From an uncultured bacterium (GTDB lineage: Bacteria > Fidelibacterota > Marinisomatia > Marinisomatales > UBA1611), in contig CALSPG010000003.1 in assembly GCA_943788175.1 (NCBI GenBank), positions 64,001-128,000 of the forward strand: 64,000 nt of DNA, written 5' to 3'. The position numbers were made by a program, and so were the translations under genes. The first letter of the stretch is position 1. Each line of letters starts with the position of its first letter. Positions 10,135-20,347 of this stretch are shown here, one piece after another. The notes under the pieces were generated by a model that did no database searches, was not told the origin of the DNA, and was given only the letters and a program-made list of their open reading frames with translations.

Positions 10135-10860
10135 ATGGCAGGGCATAGCAAGTGGGCAAATATTAAACATCGTAAAGGAGCCCAAGATGCAAAAAGGGGG
10201 AAAGTATTCACAAAAATAATTAAAGAAATCACAGTTGCGGCTAGATTGAATGGTGGTGATTTAGAAGCAAATCCGCGGCTAAGAAGAGCAGTATCTAATG
10301 CTCGGTCCAATAATATGCCTCAAGATAATATTTTGAGAGCAATTAAAAAAGGCACTGGAGAGCTTGAAGGAGTTAATTATGAGGAAATGATTTATGAAGC
10401 ATATGGTCCGATTGGTATAGCAATATATATGGAAGTCATAACAGATAATAAAAACCGAACTGTATCTGAGCTTAGGAATATCCTAAATAAAAATAATGGT
10501 AGCTTAGCTGAGCCAGGTAGTGTTTCTTGGATATTTAAAAGGGTAGGAATGATAATATTGGTATCAAGTTTACCGAATGAAGATACTTTGTTAAATGATA
10601 TTTTAGAAAGTGGCGCTAATGACTTTGAGATAAATGAAAATGAGGCTTATGTCTCGACAGAGCAAAATGAGTTGATGGTGGTTAAAGAGAATCTTGAGAA
10701 AAGAGGATATAATATTAAATCATCAGAACTTATAATGTCCCCGAATTCTTTACAAAGTGTTGATATTGAAGATGCTGATAAAGTCTTGGATTTGATGGAA
10801 ATTATTGATAATCATGATGATGTAAATCAAGTGTATTCTAACTTTTTCGTAAAAGACTAA
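10135..10860 (+). CDS. yebC: YebC/PmpR-family protein
   Basis: MAGHSKWANIKHRKG, NPRLR, YEAYGP, TDNKNRT, DDVNQVYSN. Confidence 0.96.
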   Translation: MAGHSKWANIKHRKGAQDAKRGKVFTKIIKEITVAARLNGGDLEANPRLRRAVSNARSNNMPQDNILRAIKKGTGELEGVNYEEMIYEAYGPIGIAIYMEVITDNKNRTVSELRNILNKNNGSLAEPGSVSWIFKRVGMIILVSSLPNEDTLLNDILESGANDFEINENEAYVSTEQNELMVVKENLEKRGYNIKSSELIMSPNSLQSVDIEDADKVLDLMEIIDNHDDVNQVYSNFFVKD

Positions 10861-10861
10861 G

Positions 10862-11347
10862 TTGAGTATAAATAGAATTATATCCATTGACCCAGGAATT
10901 AATATTACGGGCTTTAGCATAATCGACTTTCAAAAATCGCATATTAAGCTTGCTGCTTATGGTGTAATAAAGCCAAATAAAAAAGAGCGTCTTGAAAAAC
11001 GATTGTTGCATTTACATGATGAAACTCATTCTATAATAAATAAATTCAATCCAAGTATTATGGCCATTGAAGATAGCTTCTACAGCAAAAATGTAAAATC
11101 TGCTGTAGTTTTAGGCCAGTCGCGTGCTTCAATGATGTTAGCTGGAGCTAAACTAGATCTTGATATTTTTCAATTTGCACCTAGGAAAGTAAAACAGTCC
11201 TTATGTGGTAATGGATCAGCAACAAAAGAGCAAGTGCAGTTTATGGTAGCAAGTATTTTAAAGTTAGATGCGCTTCCCCATCCAATAGATATAACAGATG
11301 CTATGGCAGTTGGGATTTGTTTTGTAAATAATTATAACACTATATAG
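10862..11347 (+). CDS. ruvC: Holliday junction resolvase RuvC
   Basis: ISIDPG, AIED, LGQSR, PRKVKQ, GNGSATKEQV, DITDAMAV. Confidence 0.94.
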   Translation: MSINRIISIDPGINITGFSIIDFQKSHIKLAAYGVIKPNKKERLEKRLLHLHDETHSIINKFNPSIMAIEDSFYSKNVKSAVVLGQSRASMMLAGAKLDLDIFQFAPRKVKQSLCGNGSATKEQVQFMVASILKLDALPHPIDITDAMAVGICFVNNYNTI

Positions 11348-11364
11348 AATAAAAGAGCACAAGA

Positions 11365-11964
11365 ATGATATCACAAATTACCGGAAAACTAATTTCTTTA
11401 AATGAGGGGTTTGTAATTATAGAATTGAGCGGTTTAGGATTAAAAGTCAATATGTCGACAACTGCCATTAGAAATTTTAAATTAAATGAAATTATATCTC
11501 TTGTTACGCACATGCATGTAAGAGAGGATGCCTTAGATTTATTTGGTTTTATTAATGAATCAGGGAAAAAACTCTTTTTAATGTTAATTTCCATTAGTGG
11601 AATTGGCCCGAAGCTTGGGATGACAATATTAAGTGGAATCGAGCCTGAAAAATTAAAAAACTGTATAATTGCAGGTGATGTAAAAACATTGACTTCTATT
11701 TCTGGAGTTGGTGCTAAGACTGCTAAACGGATTATTATTGAGTTGAAGGATAAATTTTCTAAAGTTGATGATGAAAATTTAGGTTTCAATGATGATAAAA
11801 ATTCTGAAATTATTAATAATATTTTGAATGCATTGATTAGTCTTGGTTATAGCGAAATCGAGTCAAAAAAAGTAATTGAGAAGTTAAGTTTATTGAATTC
11901 TGACCAGAATAATAAAAGAATTGAAACTTTAATTAAAGAAGCCTTAGATCTACTAAATGCCTAA
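11365..11964 (+). CDS. ruvA: Holliday junction branch migration protein RuvA
   Basis: VREDALDLFGF, ISGIGPKLG, SGVGAKTAKRIIIELKDK, ALISLGY. Confidence 0.95.
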   Translation: MISQITGKLISLNEGFVIIELSGLGLKVNMSTTAIRNFKLNEIISLVTHMHVREDALDLFGFINESGKKLFLMLISISGIGPKLGMTILSGIEPEKLKNCIIAGDVKTLTSISGVGAKTAKRIIIELKDKFSKVDDENLGFNDDKNSEIINNILNALISLGYSEIESKKVIEKLSLLNSDQNNKRIETLIKEALDLLNA

Positions 11965-13060
11965 TAAACCTAAAAAAACAGCGCTTTATGACTATCATAT
12001 TGCAAACAGTAATAATGTTGTAGATTTTTCCGGATTTTATCTTCCTGTTTTCTACAGTGGTATAATAGATGAGCACCGCGCAGTAAGAAAAAAAGCAGCC
12101 CTTTTTGATGTTAGTCATATGGGTCAATTAATAATAAGTGGAAAAGAATCTGAAAAATTTGTTCAAACAGTCACAACAAATGATGTCAGTAAACTGAATT
12201 TTGGACAGGCTCAATATTCTGCAATATGTAATGAATTAGGCGGGTTGATTGATGATGTTATTGTCTATAAACGTAAATCAGATTATATGATAGTAGTTAA
12301 TGCTTCAGGCATTGAAAAAAAATACAAGTGGCTCAAATCAGCTTCAACAAAAAGTGTCCAAATTGAAAACAGAAGTAATGAGCTTTCAATGATTGCAATA
12401 CAAGGACCTTTGTCGCGTAAAATTATTCAGGCTAATACATCGGTTGATATTTCAAAATTAAAGTTCTATAATTTTATTGAAAGTATTGATTTTCTTGGTT
12501 TTACCATTTTATTGTCGAGGACTGGTTATACAGGAGAACTTGGTTTTGAAATTTATTGTTCTAATGAAGCAACTAGTTATATTTGGAATTCCATACTTGA
12601 AGAATATAAGAGCACTGGTGTGAAGCCTGCGGGCTTAGGCTCAAGAGATACTTTAAGGCTAGAAATGGGTTATCTTCTTTATGGAAATGATATGAATATT
12701 AAAACTAATCCTTTCAACGCTGGTCTTGGATGGATTACAAATCTAAATAAAGGTTTTTTTATTGGTCGCGATGAAATAATATTAAATAGAAAAACCATAG
12801 ATACTGTATTAATATATTTTGTAATGATTGAAAAAGGTATTCCAAGATCTGGGTGTGATATAATCATGAAAGATGAGAGTGTCGGTTATGTTACTAGTGG
12901 TACTATCAGTCCTAGTTTGAATAGAGGTATAGGTATTGGTTATATAAAAGCAGATTATATAGGAAAAGATAAACTGATTTCAATTAGAATTAGAGGTCGA
13001 AATAAAAAAGGGGAGTTGGTAAAGGCTCCTTTTTATAAAAGAGGTAGTTTAAATAGCTAA
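11957..13060 (+). CDS. gcvT: Glycine cleavage system aminomethyltransferase T
   Basis: TALYDYH, EHRAVR, FDVSHMG, SRTGYTGELGFE, GLGSRDTLRLEMG, VTSGTISP. Confidence 0.94.
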   Translation: MPNKPKKTALYDYHIANSNNVVDFSGFYLPVFYSGIIDEHRAVRKKAALFDVSHMGQLIISGKESEKFVQTVTTNDVSKLNFGQAQYSAICNELGGLIDDVIVYKRKSDYMIVVNASGIEKKYKWLKSASTKSVQIENRSNELSMIAIQGPLSRKIIQANTSVDISKLKFYNFIESIDFLGFTILLSRTGYTGELGFEIYCSNEATSYIWNSILEEYKSTGVKPAGLGSRDTLRLEMGYLLYGNDMNIKTNPFNAGLGWITNLNKGFFIGRDEIILNRKTIDTVLIYFVMIEKGIPRSGCDIIMKDESVGYVTSGTISPSLNRGIGIGYIKADYIGKDKLISIRIRGRNKKGELVKAPFYKRGSLNS

Positions 13061-13121
13061 TTATTGATCATAATTATATATATAATTTAAATTATTATAC
13101 TTATTTTTAAATCAGCCCAAT

Positions 13122-15584
13122 ATGCCTAAGAAAACTTCCAATAAAAATCATAAACGCCTTGAAATTCTTGGTGTTTTAATTTTGGCTGTTTCTACATTTA
13201 TTGTTGTTAGCCTTATTGGACATGATTCCAGCGAAGAATTAGTTATAAGTCCAGATGCTCAAATTAATAATCCTATGGGTATTTTAGGTGTTATTGTATC
13301 ACATTTATTAATCAAACTTGGTTTTGGTTATGTTGCATTAGCGATGCCTGTTTTGGGGATTTATTGGGGATGGGTCTTTTTTTCTAAAAAAGACAAAAAG
13401 CAGCCCCTTAGGCTTTCTTTTTATGGTTTGCTTACTATGCTGCTGCTATCCATTAATGTAGGGGTGGCTTCAATATATTTAAGTCTAGGGCCTTCTAAAT
13501 TTTATTATTCTGGATTTTTTTCAGGCATGCTTGCTGATTTTTTTTTGGATATGTTTAGTGTTTATGGTTGTATAATATTCATCATAGCTGGTTATGTAAT
13601 GTTGGTTAGAGCATATTTCGATCTTGATTTATATAAGCCAATATTGATTTTAAAAGAAAAAATGTTATCAACGTGGAATGATTATTTAGAAAACCGTGAA
13701 TTAATTGCAAAAGAAAATGAAAAAAGAAATCATACAAATGAACTAAAATCTAAAATTAATTTAGTTGATGATGTAAACAATAAATCAATAATTGAAGAAT
13801 CTATAGATGTTTTAGAACTTAGTTCAACTGAGGAACATTCAACTGAGGAACATTCAACTGAGGAACATTCAACTGAGGAACATTCAACTGAGGAACATTC
13901 AACTGAGGAACATTCAACTGAGGAACATTCAACTGAGGAACATTCAACTGAGGAACATTCAACTGAGGAACATTCAACTGAGGAACATTCAACTGAGGAA
14001 CATTCAACTGAGGAACATTCAACTGAGTTGGACGATATTGCTCAAAAAATAGCTGAAGATTTAAATATCGAAGAAATGGCAAAAAACGCGGAGGTTGATA
14101 TTGATGATATCGAAGATAGAAAAAAACCAAAACGTAAATATATACTACCTTCATCGGATTTGCTGATAGACCCGGTAAGTATATCAGATTCTTTGAGTAG
14201 AGATGAATTAGTCGAAAGAGCAAATTACTTAACTCAGTCTCTTTCTACTTATGGGGTAGAAGGTAAAGTTGTCAATGTCCATCCGGGCCCTGTTATTACC
14301 TTATTTGAAGTTGAGCCTGCCGAAGGCGTAAGAGTAAATAAATTTGTCCAGCTATCTGATGATTTAGCAAGAGTTATGGAAGCTAGTAGTGTTAGGGTTA
14401 TTGCACCAATTCCTGGGAGGTCTTCTGTGGGTATTGAAATACCTAATCGGAATCCAGCAACTGTTTATTTTAAATCGGTTGTTAATAGTCCTGAATTTGC
14501 TGAATCTGATTCAATGCTCACGTTAGCTATTGGTAAAACAACATCTGGAGAAATTGCAACTCTTGATTTAGGGAAAATGCCGCACTTATTAATTGCTGGT
14601 ACAACTGGTTCAGGTAAATCTGTATGTATTAATACTATTATATGCAGCATTCTTTACCATGCGAGCCCAGATGAAGTAAAATTTGTAATGATTGACCCTA
14701 AAAAAGTTGAAATGACTTTATATAAAAAGTTAGAAGGCTATCATTTATTAAAAATGGCGGATATTGACGAGCCAATTGTAACCTCAGTAGACAATGCTAT
14801 CCTTTCGTTAAGGGCACTTGAAAAGGAAATGGATAGACGTTATAACGTTCTTGCTGAGGCTGTTGTAAGAAATATTTCTGAATATAATAATAAGATGAAA
14901 AAAGCCGATCAGTTAATTATGCCTTATATCGTTCTCGTTATAGATGAGTTAGCTGATTTAATGATGTTATCTGCAAAAGATGTTGAGGCTCCTATAGCAA
15001 GGCTTGCTCAGTTAGCTAGGGCCGTAGGTATTCATTTAGTTATTGCGACGCAGAGACCTTCAGTCGATGTCATTACTGGTGTTATTAAAGCAAATTTTCC
15101 TTCAAGAATCGCATTCCAAGTTGCTAGTAAAATTGATTCAAGAACTATTATTGACCAACCTGGAGCAGATAAATTAATTGGCAGGGGTGATATGTTGCAC
15201 CTTGGAACTGGTAGTTCTGATGTTTTTAGAATGCATAATGCATTTTTAACCTTAGAAGAGATAGAAGCAATTATGGGGCATGTTATTGAACAGCCTAAAT
15301 CTGAAAGTAATATTCTGCCATCTGTTCGCGAATCTCTCCACAATGAATATGGAGGTAGCGATGATGGTTCCAATGATGAATTATTTAATGATGCCATAGC
15401 TCTTGTTGTAACGCACCAACAAGGTTCAATATCCCTTTTACAGCGACGGTTAAAAGTAGGCTATTCAAGAGCAGCACGATTAATTGATGAAATGGAACAG
15501 TCGGGTATTGTTGGGCCTTTTACTGGAAGTAAAGCGAGAGAAGTCCTTGTTGATGAGTCCTATTTAGAAATAATAAAAGACTGA
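13122..15584 (+). CDS. ftsK: DNA translocase FtsK
   Basis: 4-TM N-terminus, linker, MPHLLIAGTTGSGKS Walker A, IDELAD Walker B, gamma domain LQRRLKVGYSRAARLID. Confidence 0.96.
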   Translation: MPKKTSNKNHKRLEILGVLILAVSTFIVVSLIGHDSSEELVISPDAQINNPMGILGVIVSHLLIKLGFGYVALAMPVLGIYWGWVFFSKKDKKQPLRLSFYGLLTMLLLSINVGVASIYLSLGPSKFYYSGFFSGMLADFFLDMFSVYGCIIFIIAGYVMLVRAYFDLDLYKPILILKEKMLSTWNDYLENRELIAKENEKRNHTNELKSKINLVDDVNNKSIIEESIDVLELSSTEEHSTEEHSTEEHSTEEHSTEEHSTEEHSTEEHSTEEHSTEEHSTEEHSTEEHSTEEHSTEEHSTELDDIAQKIAEDLNIEEMAKNAEVDIDDIEDRKKPKRKYILPSSDLLIDPVSISDSLSRDELVERANYLTQSLSTYGVEGKVVNVHPGPVITLFEVEPAEGVRVNKFVQLSDDLARVMEASSVRVIAPIPGRSSVGIEIPNRNPATVYFKSVVNSPEFAESDSMLTLAIGKTTSGEIATLDLGKMPHLLIAGTTGSGKSVCINTIICSILYHASPDEVKFVMIDPKKVEMTLYKKLEGYHLLKMADIDEPIVTSVDNAILSLRALEKEMDRRYNVLAEAVVRNISEYNNKMKKADQLIMPYIVLVIDELADLMMLSAKDVEAPIARLAQLARAVGIHLVIATQRPSVDVITGVIKANFPSRIAFQVASKIDSRTIIDQPGADKLIGRGDMLHLGTGSSDVFRMHNAFLTLEEIEAIMGHVIEQPKSESNILPSVRESLHNEYGGSDDGSNDELFNDAIALVVTHQQGSISLLQRRLKVGYSRAARLIDEMEQSGIVGPFTGSKAREVLVDESYLEIIKD
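13824..14027 (+). repeat. 15-bp coding tandem repeat (TCAACTGAGGAACAT) x13 plus a 9-bp partial
   Basis: Read directly; all copies identical; encodes (STEEH)13 in the FtsK linker. Confidence 0.97.
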
Positions 15585-15589
15585 TTTTC

Positions 15590-16162
15590 TTGAAAGTAGT
15601 TGTCCGTTTTTTAGTAATTTTTAATTTATTTCATATTGCAATGGCAAATCACGTAGATGATTTTTACAAGATGTTAGTAAATTCTGACGTAGCTGCATTT
15701 AAAATAAAGTATTCTCAGAACCAATTTGATAGTGTTTTTGAATCTGTTGGTACTTGTTATTTTATTGGTCCAGGTGAGTATTTTTATCAATCCGAAGATA
15801 TAGAAATATATGCTCAAGCTGATCAGATTGTCACCAAAAACTTTAAGACAAAACAAGTACTTTATAACTCAGTAAATAAAGACCATTTTAGTTTAATGAC
15901 TTTATTGTCAGGTAAAAAAAACAAAATTAAATTTTTTGATAAATATGACCGAGATTTTAATTATCATTTTACTGTCCCTCAATTAGGATTTGATGGCTTT
16001 TTTTCCTTCAATAACAAAACTGGCCTTATACAAGGTTTAAATTTAGAGATTGGTCAAAATCAATCAATGTACATTGAAGTTATTTCGATTGAGTTGATTG
16101 ATAATTTTTCTATGCCAAAAATAAATGTTGAAAATTTTGATTTAATTGATTTACGTGGCTAA
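15590..16162 (+). CDS. lolA: Putative LolA-like outer-membrane lipoprotein carrier
   Basis: Signal peptide, ~190 aa, beta-rich, directly after ftsK (conserved ftsK-lolA order); sequence divergent. Confidence 0.5.
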   Translation: MKVVVRFLVIFNLFHIAMANHVDDFYKMLVNSDVAAFKIKYSQNQFDSVFESVGTCYFIGPGEYFYQSEDIEIYAQADQIVTKNFKTKQVLYNSVNKDHFSLMTLLSGKKNKIKFFDKYDRDFNYHFTVPQLGFDGFFSFNNKTGLIQGLNLEIGQNQSMYIEVISIELIDNFSMPKINVENFDLIDLRG

Positions 16163-17132
16163 GTATTATAAAATATTAATTTTAGTTTTTTTAAGCTTTT
16201 TCGGTTTGTATTATGCTTTTGAGAGCATTGAGTTTTCTGAGCTGTATCACCGCATAATTTCTGTTGACCTTTTAAAATTAATATTAGCAATATCGATTCT
16301 TATGTTATCGGCCATTATTAGAGCGAAAAGATTAAAGTATATTATATTGCCATTAGATACTGATATATCTACGCATCATTTATTTGGAGCAACAATGATA
16401 GGTTATTTTGGTAATGGTATACTTTTTTTTCGATTAGGTGAATTGTTAAAAGCTTTTTCAATTTCTCAAGGCAATAATATTAAAACTGCAGAATCTTTTG
16501 GGGTTGTTATGTTAGAGAGGGTAATGGATGCGCTTACGGTTTTTATTTTAATAGTCTTTTTTCTGCCATTTATTCCTCTTGAAAATCAAACTATCCGATA
16601 CTGGGTTATTGCTTTTGTAGTAGTTACTATTGTTTTTGTAGGCTCTTTGTTTCTAATAAAGTTTATAAACTGGAAGCATATGATTTTATCATTTAGTATT
16701 CTGAATGAATCATTCAAAAATAAACTTATAACTGTCACAGAAAAAATTTTTAAAGGACTCGAATTAATTTTTAAGACCAAACATAATCTTAAAATCATGC
16801 TTTGTACTGTATTAATTTGGATATGCTATTTCATAATGACAATGTTGCTAATGGAGTCGTGCCATATTGAGTTAAGTTTAGATAAAGTTTTCATTATGCT
16901 TTTGATAGGTGCGATTATAGTAGCTGTTCCGGCTTTGCCTGGGGGGTTGGGCACTTATGAGGCTGGAATAACATATACAATGACATTGTTGTTTTTTGTT
17001 TCTAAAGATTTATCTTTGACTTATGCGATTGTTTCTCATGCATCTAATTACATACCTTACATGTTGGTAGGGTCATTCTATTTTTTCAAGAGTGGTCTAA
17101 AATTTGGATCAATTAATAAGGCTAATTTTTAG
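16155..17132 (+). CDS. Lysylphosphatidylglycerol synthase TM-domain / flippase-like protein (UPF0104)
   Basis: IGYFGN...RLGELLKA, ERVMD, PALPGGLGTYE; polytopic membrane protein; GTG at 16155 is the likely start. Confidence 0.82.
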   Translation: MAKYYKILILVFLSFFGLYYAFESIEFSELYHRIISVDLLKLILAISILMLSAIIRAKRLKYIILPLDTDISTHHLFGATMIGYFGNGILFFRLGELLKAFSISQGNNIKTAESFGVVMLERVMDALTVFILIVFFLPFIPLENQTIRYWVIAFVVVTIVFVGSLFLIKFINWKHMILSFSILNESFKNKLITVTEKIFKGLELIFKTKHNLKIMLCTVLIWICYFIMTMLLMESCHIELSLDKVFIMLLIGAIIVAVPALPGGLGTYEAGITYTMTLLFFVSKDLSLTYAIVSHASNYIPYMLVGSFYFFKSGLKFGSINKANF

Positions 17133-17134
17133 GA

Positions 17135-17680
17135 GTGAGTAAAAAATATGATTGTATTTTTCTTGATAGAGATGGCACTATAAACATAGACCCTGGATAT
17201 ATTTCTAAATTACAAGATTTTAAATTTTTTGACTTTGCTGTTACGGCTTTAGATATGTTAAAAACATTAACTAATAATTTTATCATTATTACAAATCAGT
17301 CAGGGGTTTCTAGGGGGTTGATTCTTGAAGCAGATTTAATAAAAATAAATGAGTATATTTTTGAAGAATTTTCAAAAAATAACCTCGGATTATTAGATAT
17401 TTATTATTGTATAGACCACCCAGATAACTCATCAGGAAGGAGAAAGCCAGGTGTCGAAATGTTTGTTGAAGCTTCAGATAAATATTGCCTTGACCTTTCC
17501 AGGTGTTTAATGATTGGTGACTCGAAAACGGATATATTGCCCGCAAAGATTTTGGGTATGGAATCAATGTTGGTTTTGTCAGGGAAGGGCGAAAAATATA
17601 AAAACAGTTTTCACGAAGAAGAAAAGCCTGATTACATTTTTAAAAATTTAATGTTTGGGGCGATTGAATTGATAAAATGA
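17135..17680 (+). CDS. gmhB: HAD-IIIA phosphatase, D,D-heptose 1,7-bisphosphate phosphatase-like
   Basis: FLDRDGTIN, ITNQSG, RKP, MIGDSKTD motifs. Confidence 0.8.
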   Translation: MSKKYDCIFLDRDGTINIDPGYISKLQDFKFFDFAVTALDMLKTLTNNFIIITNQSGVSRGLILEADLIKINEYIFEEFSKNNLGLLDIYYCIDHPDNSSGRRKPGVEMFVEASDKYCLDLSRCLMIGDSKTDILPAKILGMESMLVLSGKGEKYKNSFHEEEKPDYIFKNLMFGAIELIK

Positions 17681-18564
17681 AAGTTGCAGTTATAATGGGC
17701 GGCTCTAGTGCTGAAAAAGATGTCTCAATAAAAACAGGTGAAGCCGTTGTCAAAGCATGTTTAGCAAATGGTTTTGAGGTCTATCCTATAGTTTTTGATG
17801 ATAATTACAAGGATTCCTTCCAGTTGTTAAAAGGCGTTGACATAGTGTTTAATGGGTTGCATGGGACTTTTGGTGAGGATGGAGCAATCCAAAAATGGTT
17901 TGAGCAAAATAATATTTTATTTACAGGGTCGGATTCATTTTCTTCACAAATTTGCATGGATAAAATAAAAAGTAAAAAAATAGTTGGTGAAAATAATATT
18001 CGCACTCCTGACTGGATTGAAACCAAAAAGGATATGGTCGTCAATCCAGCTTTTTACCCTTGCATAGTCAAGCCAAATGCGCAAGGAAGTACTTTTGGTC
18101 TTTCATTTGTTAAAGAACCGGGTTTGTTGGAGAACGCAATAAATCATAGTCTTGCATTTGATTCAAATGTATTGATTGAGGAATATATTGGGGGTCGGGA
18201 GATTACGGTTGGAGTTTTAGACAATGAAGTATTGCCAATTGTAGAAATTCTCCCAAAGCATAAGCTCTATGATTATGAGTGCAAATACACGCCTGGAATG
18301 ACTAATTATAAATGCCCCATAGAGCTTGATAATAGTTTAAAAGAAAAAATTAATATTGATACAATCAAAATATTTGAATTGCTTGGTTGTCGAGGTTATG
18401 GAAGAGTCGATTATATAATCGACAATAATAATAATCATTATTTTTTAGAGATAAATACTCTCCCTGGAATGACATCTACTAGCTTGCTTCCGATAGCTGC
18501 AGAAAGCTCAGGCATATCATTTGACGATTTAATAAAAAAGATTATATACTTAGGTCTAAAGTAG
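17677..18564 (+). CDS. ddl: D-alanine--D-alanine ligase
   Basis: GGSSAEKDVS, LHGTFGEDG, YDYECKY, GYGRVD, LEINTLPGMT. Confidence 0.95.
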   Translation: MKVAVIMGGSSAEKDVSIKTGEAVVKACLANGFEVYPIVFDDNYKDSFQLLKGVDIVFNGLHGTFGEDGAIQKWFEQNNILFTGSDSFSSQICMDKIKSKKIVGENNIRTPDWIETKKDMVVNPAFYPCIVKPNAQGSTFGLSFVKEPGLLENAINHSLAFDSNVLIEEYIGGREITVGVLDNEVLPIVEILPKHKLYDYECKYTPGMTNYKCPIELDNSLKEKINIDTIKIFELLGCRGYGRVDYIIDNNNNHYFLEINTLPGMTSTSLLPIAAESSGISFDDLIKKIIYLGLK

Positions 18565-18587
18565 TGATAATATGAGGTTGAAAATTT

Positions 18588-18640
18588 TTGACAAAAATAA
18601 TTGTAAATAGTAAATACTTATCTGTAAGTTATGAGGCTGT
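18588..18640 (+). promoter_or_regulatory. Probable tandem promoters of the tRNA-tuf unit
   Basis: TTGACA(18588)-17-TAAATA and TTGTAA(18601)-18-TAAGTT followed by ATGAGGCTGT; the second is nearly duplicated before rpsL. Confidence 0.55.
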
Positions 18641-18729
18641 AGGTCTATTTTAATAATAAAATTGTACCGTTTATGTCTTTAAACATAAGAATCAGTGTAG
18701 CTAATTGATAATTATCAAAGAATTGAATT

Positions 18730-18802
18730 GCCACCGTAGCTCAGCTGGTAGAGCAACTGATTTGTAATCAGTCGGTCGGAGGTTCGAGTCCTCTCGGTGG
18801 CT
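18730..18802 (+). tRNA. tRNA-Thr(TGT)
   Basis: GCCACCG/CGGTGGC acceptor stem, ACTGA-TTTGTAA-TCAGT anticodon arm, GGTTCGAGTCC T arm. Confidence 0.96.
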
Positions 18803-18853
18803 CGTAAGTTTGCGTTTTTTTACGGTTTGAATAATGCATGAGTTAAGTTTATC

Positions 18854-18936
18854 GGGGATATGCCCGAGCGGCCAAAGGGAGCAGACTGTAAATCTGCCGG
18901 CGTATGCCTTCGGAGGTTCGAATCCTTCTGTCCCCA
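18854..18936 (+). tRNA. tRNA-Tyr(GTA)
   Basis: GGGGATA/TGTCCCC acceptor stem, GCAGA-CTGTAAA-TCTGC anticodon arm, long variable arm. Confidence 0.96.
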
Positions 18937-18940
18937 CTTT

Positions 18941-19011
18941 GCGAGTGTAGTTCAATGGTAGAACCCCAGCCTTCCAAGCTGGTGATGTGGGTTCGATCCC
19001 CATCACTCGCT
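18941..19011 (+). tRNA. tRNA-Gly(TCC)
   Basis: GCGAGTG/CACTCGC acceptor stem, CCAGC-CTTCCAA-GCTGG anticodon arm. Confidence 0.96.
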
Positions 19012-19017
19012 CTTTCC

Positions 19018-19089
<72 letters not shown>

Positions 19090-19109
19090 CTATGATTCTT
19101 TGGTTTAGT

Positions 19110-20347
19110 GTTTGATTTTTTTAAATAAGGAGTAAAGTAACAATGTCAAAAGCAAAATTTGAAAGAACAAAACCCCATGTAAATATTGGGACTATTGGTC
19201 ACGTTGATCATGGTAAAACAACGCTTACTGCTGCTATTACAATGCACCAAGGCGCTCATGGTTTAGCCGAGGTTCGTTCTTTTGATAGTATTGATAATGC
19301 TCCTGAAGAAAGAGAGCGTGGTATTACGATTCAGACTGCTCATGTAGAATATGAGACTGAGAACCGTCACTATGCTCATGTTGATTGTCCTGGTCACGCT
19401 GATTATATTAAAAATATGATTACCGGCGCAGCGCAAATGGATGGTGGTATTTTAGTTGTATCTGCTGCTGATGGTCCAATGCCTCAGACTAGAGAGCACG
19501 TTTTATTAGCGAGGCAGGTAAATGTTCCAAGTCTTGTTGTATTTATGAATAAGGTTGATCAAGTAGATGACCCTGAGCTTTTAGAACTTGTTGAGATGGA
19601 ATTGCGTGATCTTCTTAATGAGTACGAATTTCCTGGCGATGACACTCCTATTATTATGGGTAGTGCGCTCAATGCCTTGAACGATTCAAATGATGAAGTT
19701 GCTAACAAGTGTATTGTTGACTTGATGGACGCTTGTGATAACTTTATTCCTGAGCCAAAAAGAGACATTGACAAACCTTTTCTTATGCCTGTTGAGGATG
19801 TTTTTAGTATTACTGGTCGTGGTACTGTCGGTACTGGTCGCATTGAAAGAGGAATCATTAAAGTTGGTGATGAGATAGAAGTCGTCGGTATGGGTACTCT
19901 AACGAAGACAACTGTTACAGGTGTTGAAATGTTTCGTAAGTTATTAGATCAAGGTCAGGCTGGAGATAACGCCGGGCTCTTACTGCGCGGTATTGATAAA
20001 GAAGATTTAAGTAGGGGGCAAGTATTGGCCCTGCCTGGCAGTATTACTCCACACACGAAGTTTAAAGCGAGTGTTTACATTTTGAAAAAAGAAGAGGGTG
20101 GTCGTCATACTCCGTTTTTTAATGGTTACAGACCGCAGTTCTATTTTAGGACAACAGATGTAACGGGAGTGGTTACATTGCCAGAAGGTACTGAAATGGT
20201 TATGCCTGGTGACAATGTAGAATTTGAAGTTTCATTAATTACATCAGTAGCGATGGATAAAGAACTTAGGTTTGCCATTCGTGAAGGTGGGCATACTGTT
20301 GGTGCAGGTGTCGTAACAGAGATTGTTGAGTAGGGTATAATATGGCT
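19110..20347 (+). repeat. 1238-bp direct repeat, copy 1 (tuf plus flanks); copy 2 at 34532-35769
   Basis: Near-identical to 34532-35769, including 33 bp upstream and 14 bp downstream of the CDS; six substitutions seen. Confidence 0.92.
19143..20333 (+). CDS. tuf: Elongation factor Tu (tRNA-linked copy)
   Basis: [25 protein letters not shown]. Confidence 0.99.
   Translation: MSKAKFERTKPHVNIGTIGHVDHGKTTLTAAITMHQGAHGLAEVRSFDSIDNAPEERERGITIQTAHVEYETENRHYAHVDCPGHADYIKNMITGAAQMDGGILVVSAADGPMPQTREHVLLARQVNVPSLVVFMNKVDQVDDPELLELVEMELRDLLNEYEFPGDDTPIIMGSALNALNDSNDEVANKCIVDLMDACDNFIPEPKRDIDKPFLMPVEDVFSITGRGTVGTGRIERGIIKVGDEIEVVGMGTLTKTTVTGVEMFRKLLDQGQAGDNAGLLLRGIDKEDLSRGQVLALPGSITPHTKFKASVYILKKEEGGRHTPFFNGYRPQFYFRTTDVTGVVTLPEGTEMVMPGDNVEFEVSLITSVAMDKELRFAIREGGHTVGAGVVTEIVE

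Noticed and set aside
13819-14223. Minus-strand ORF with NVPQL repeats
   Set aside because: Antisense shadow of the ftsK repeat.
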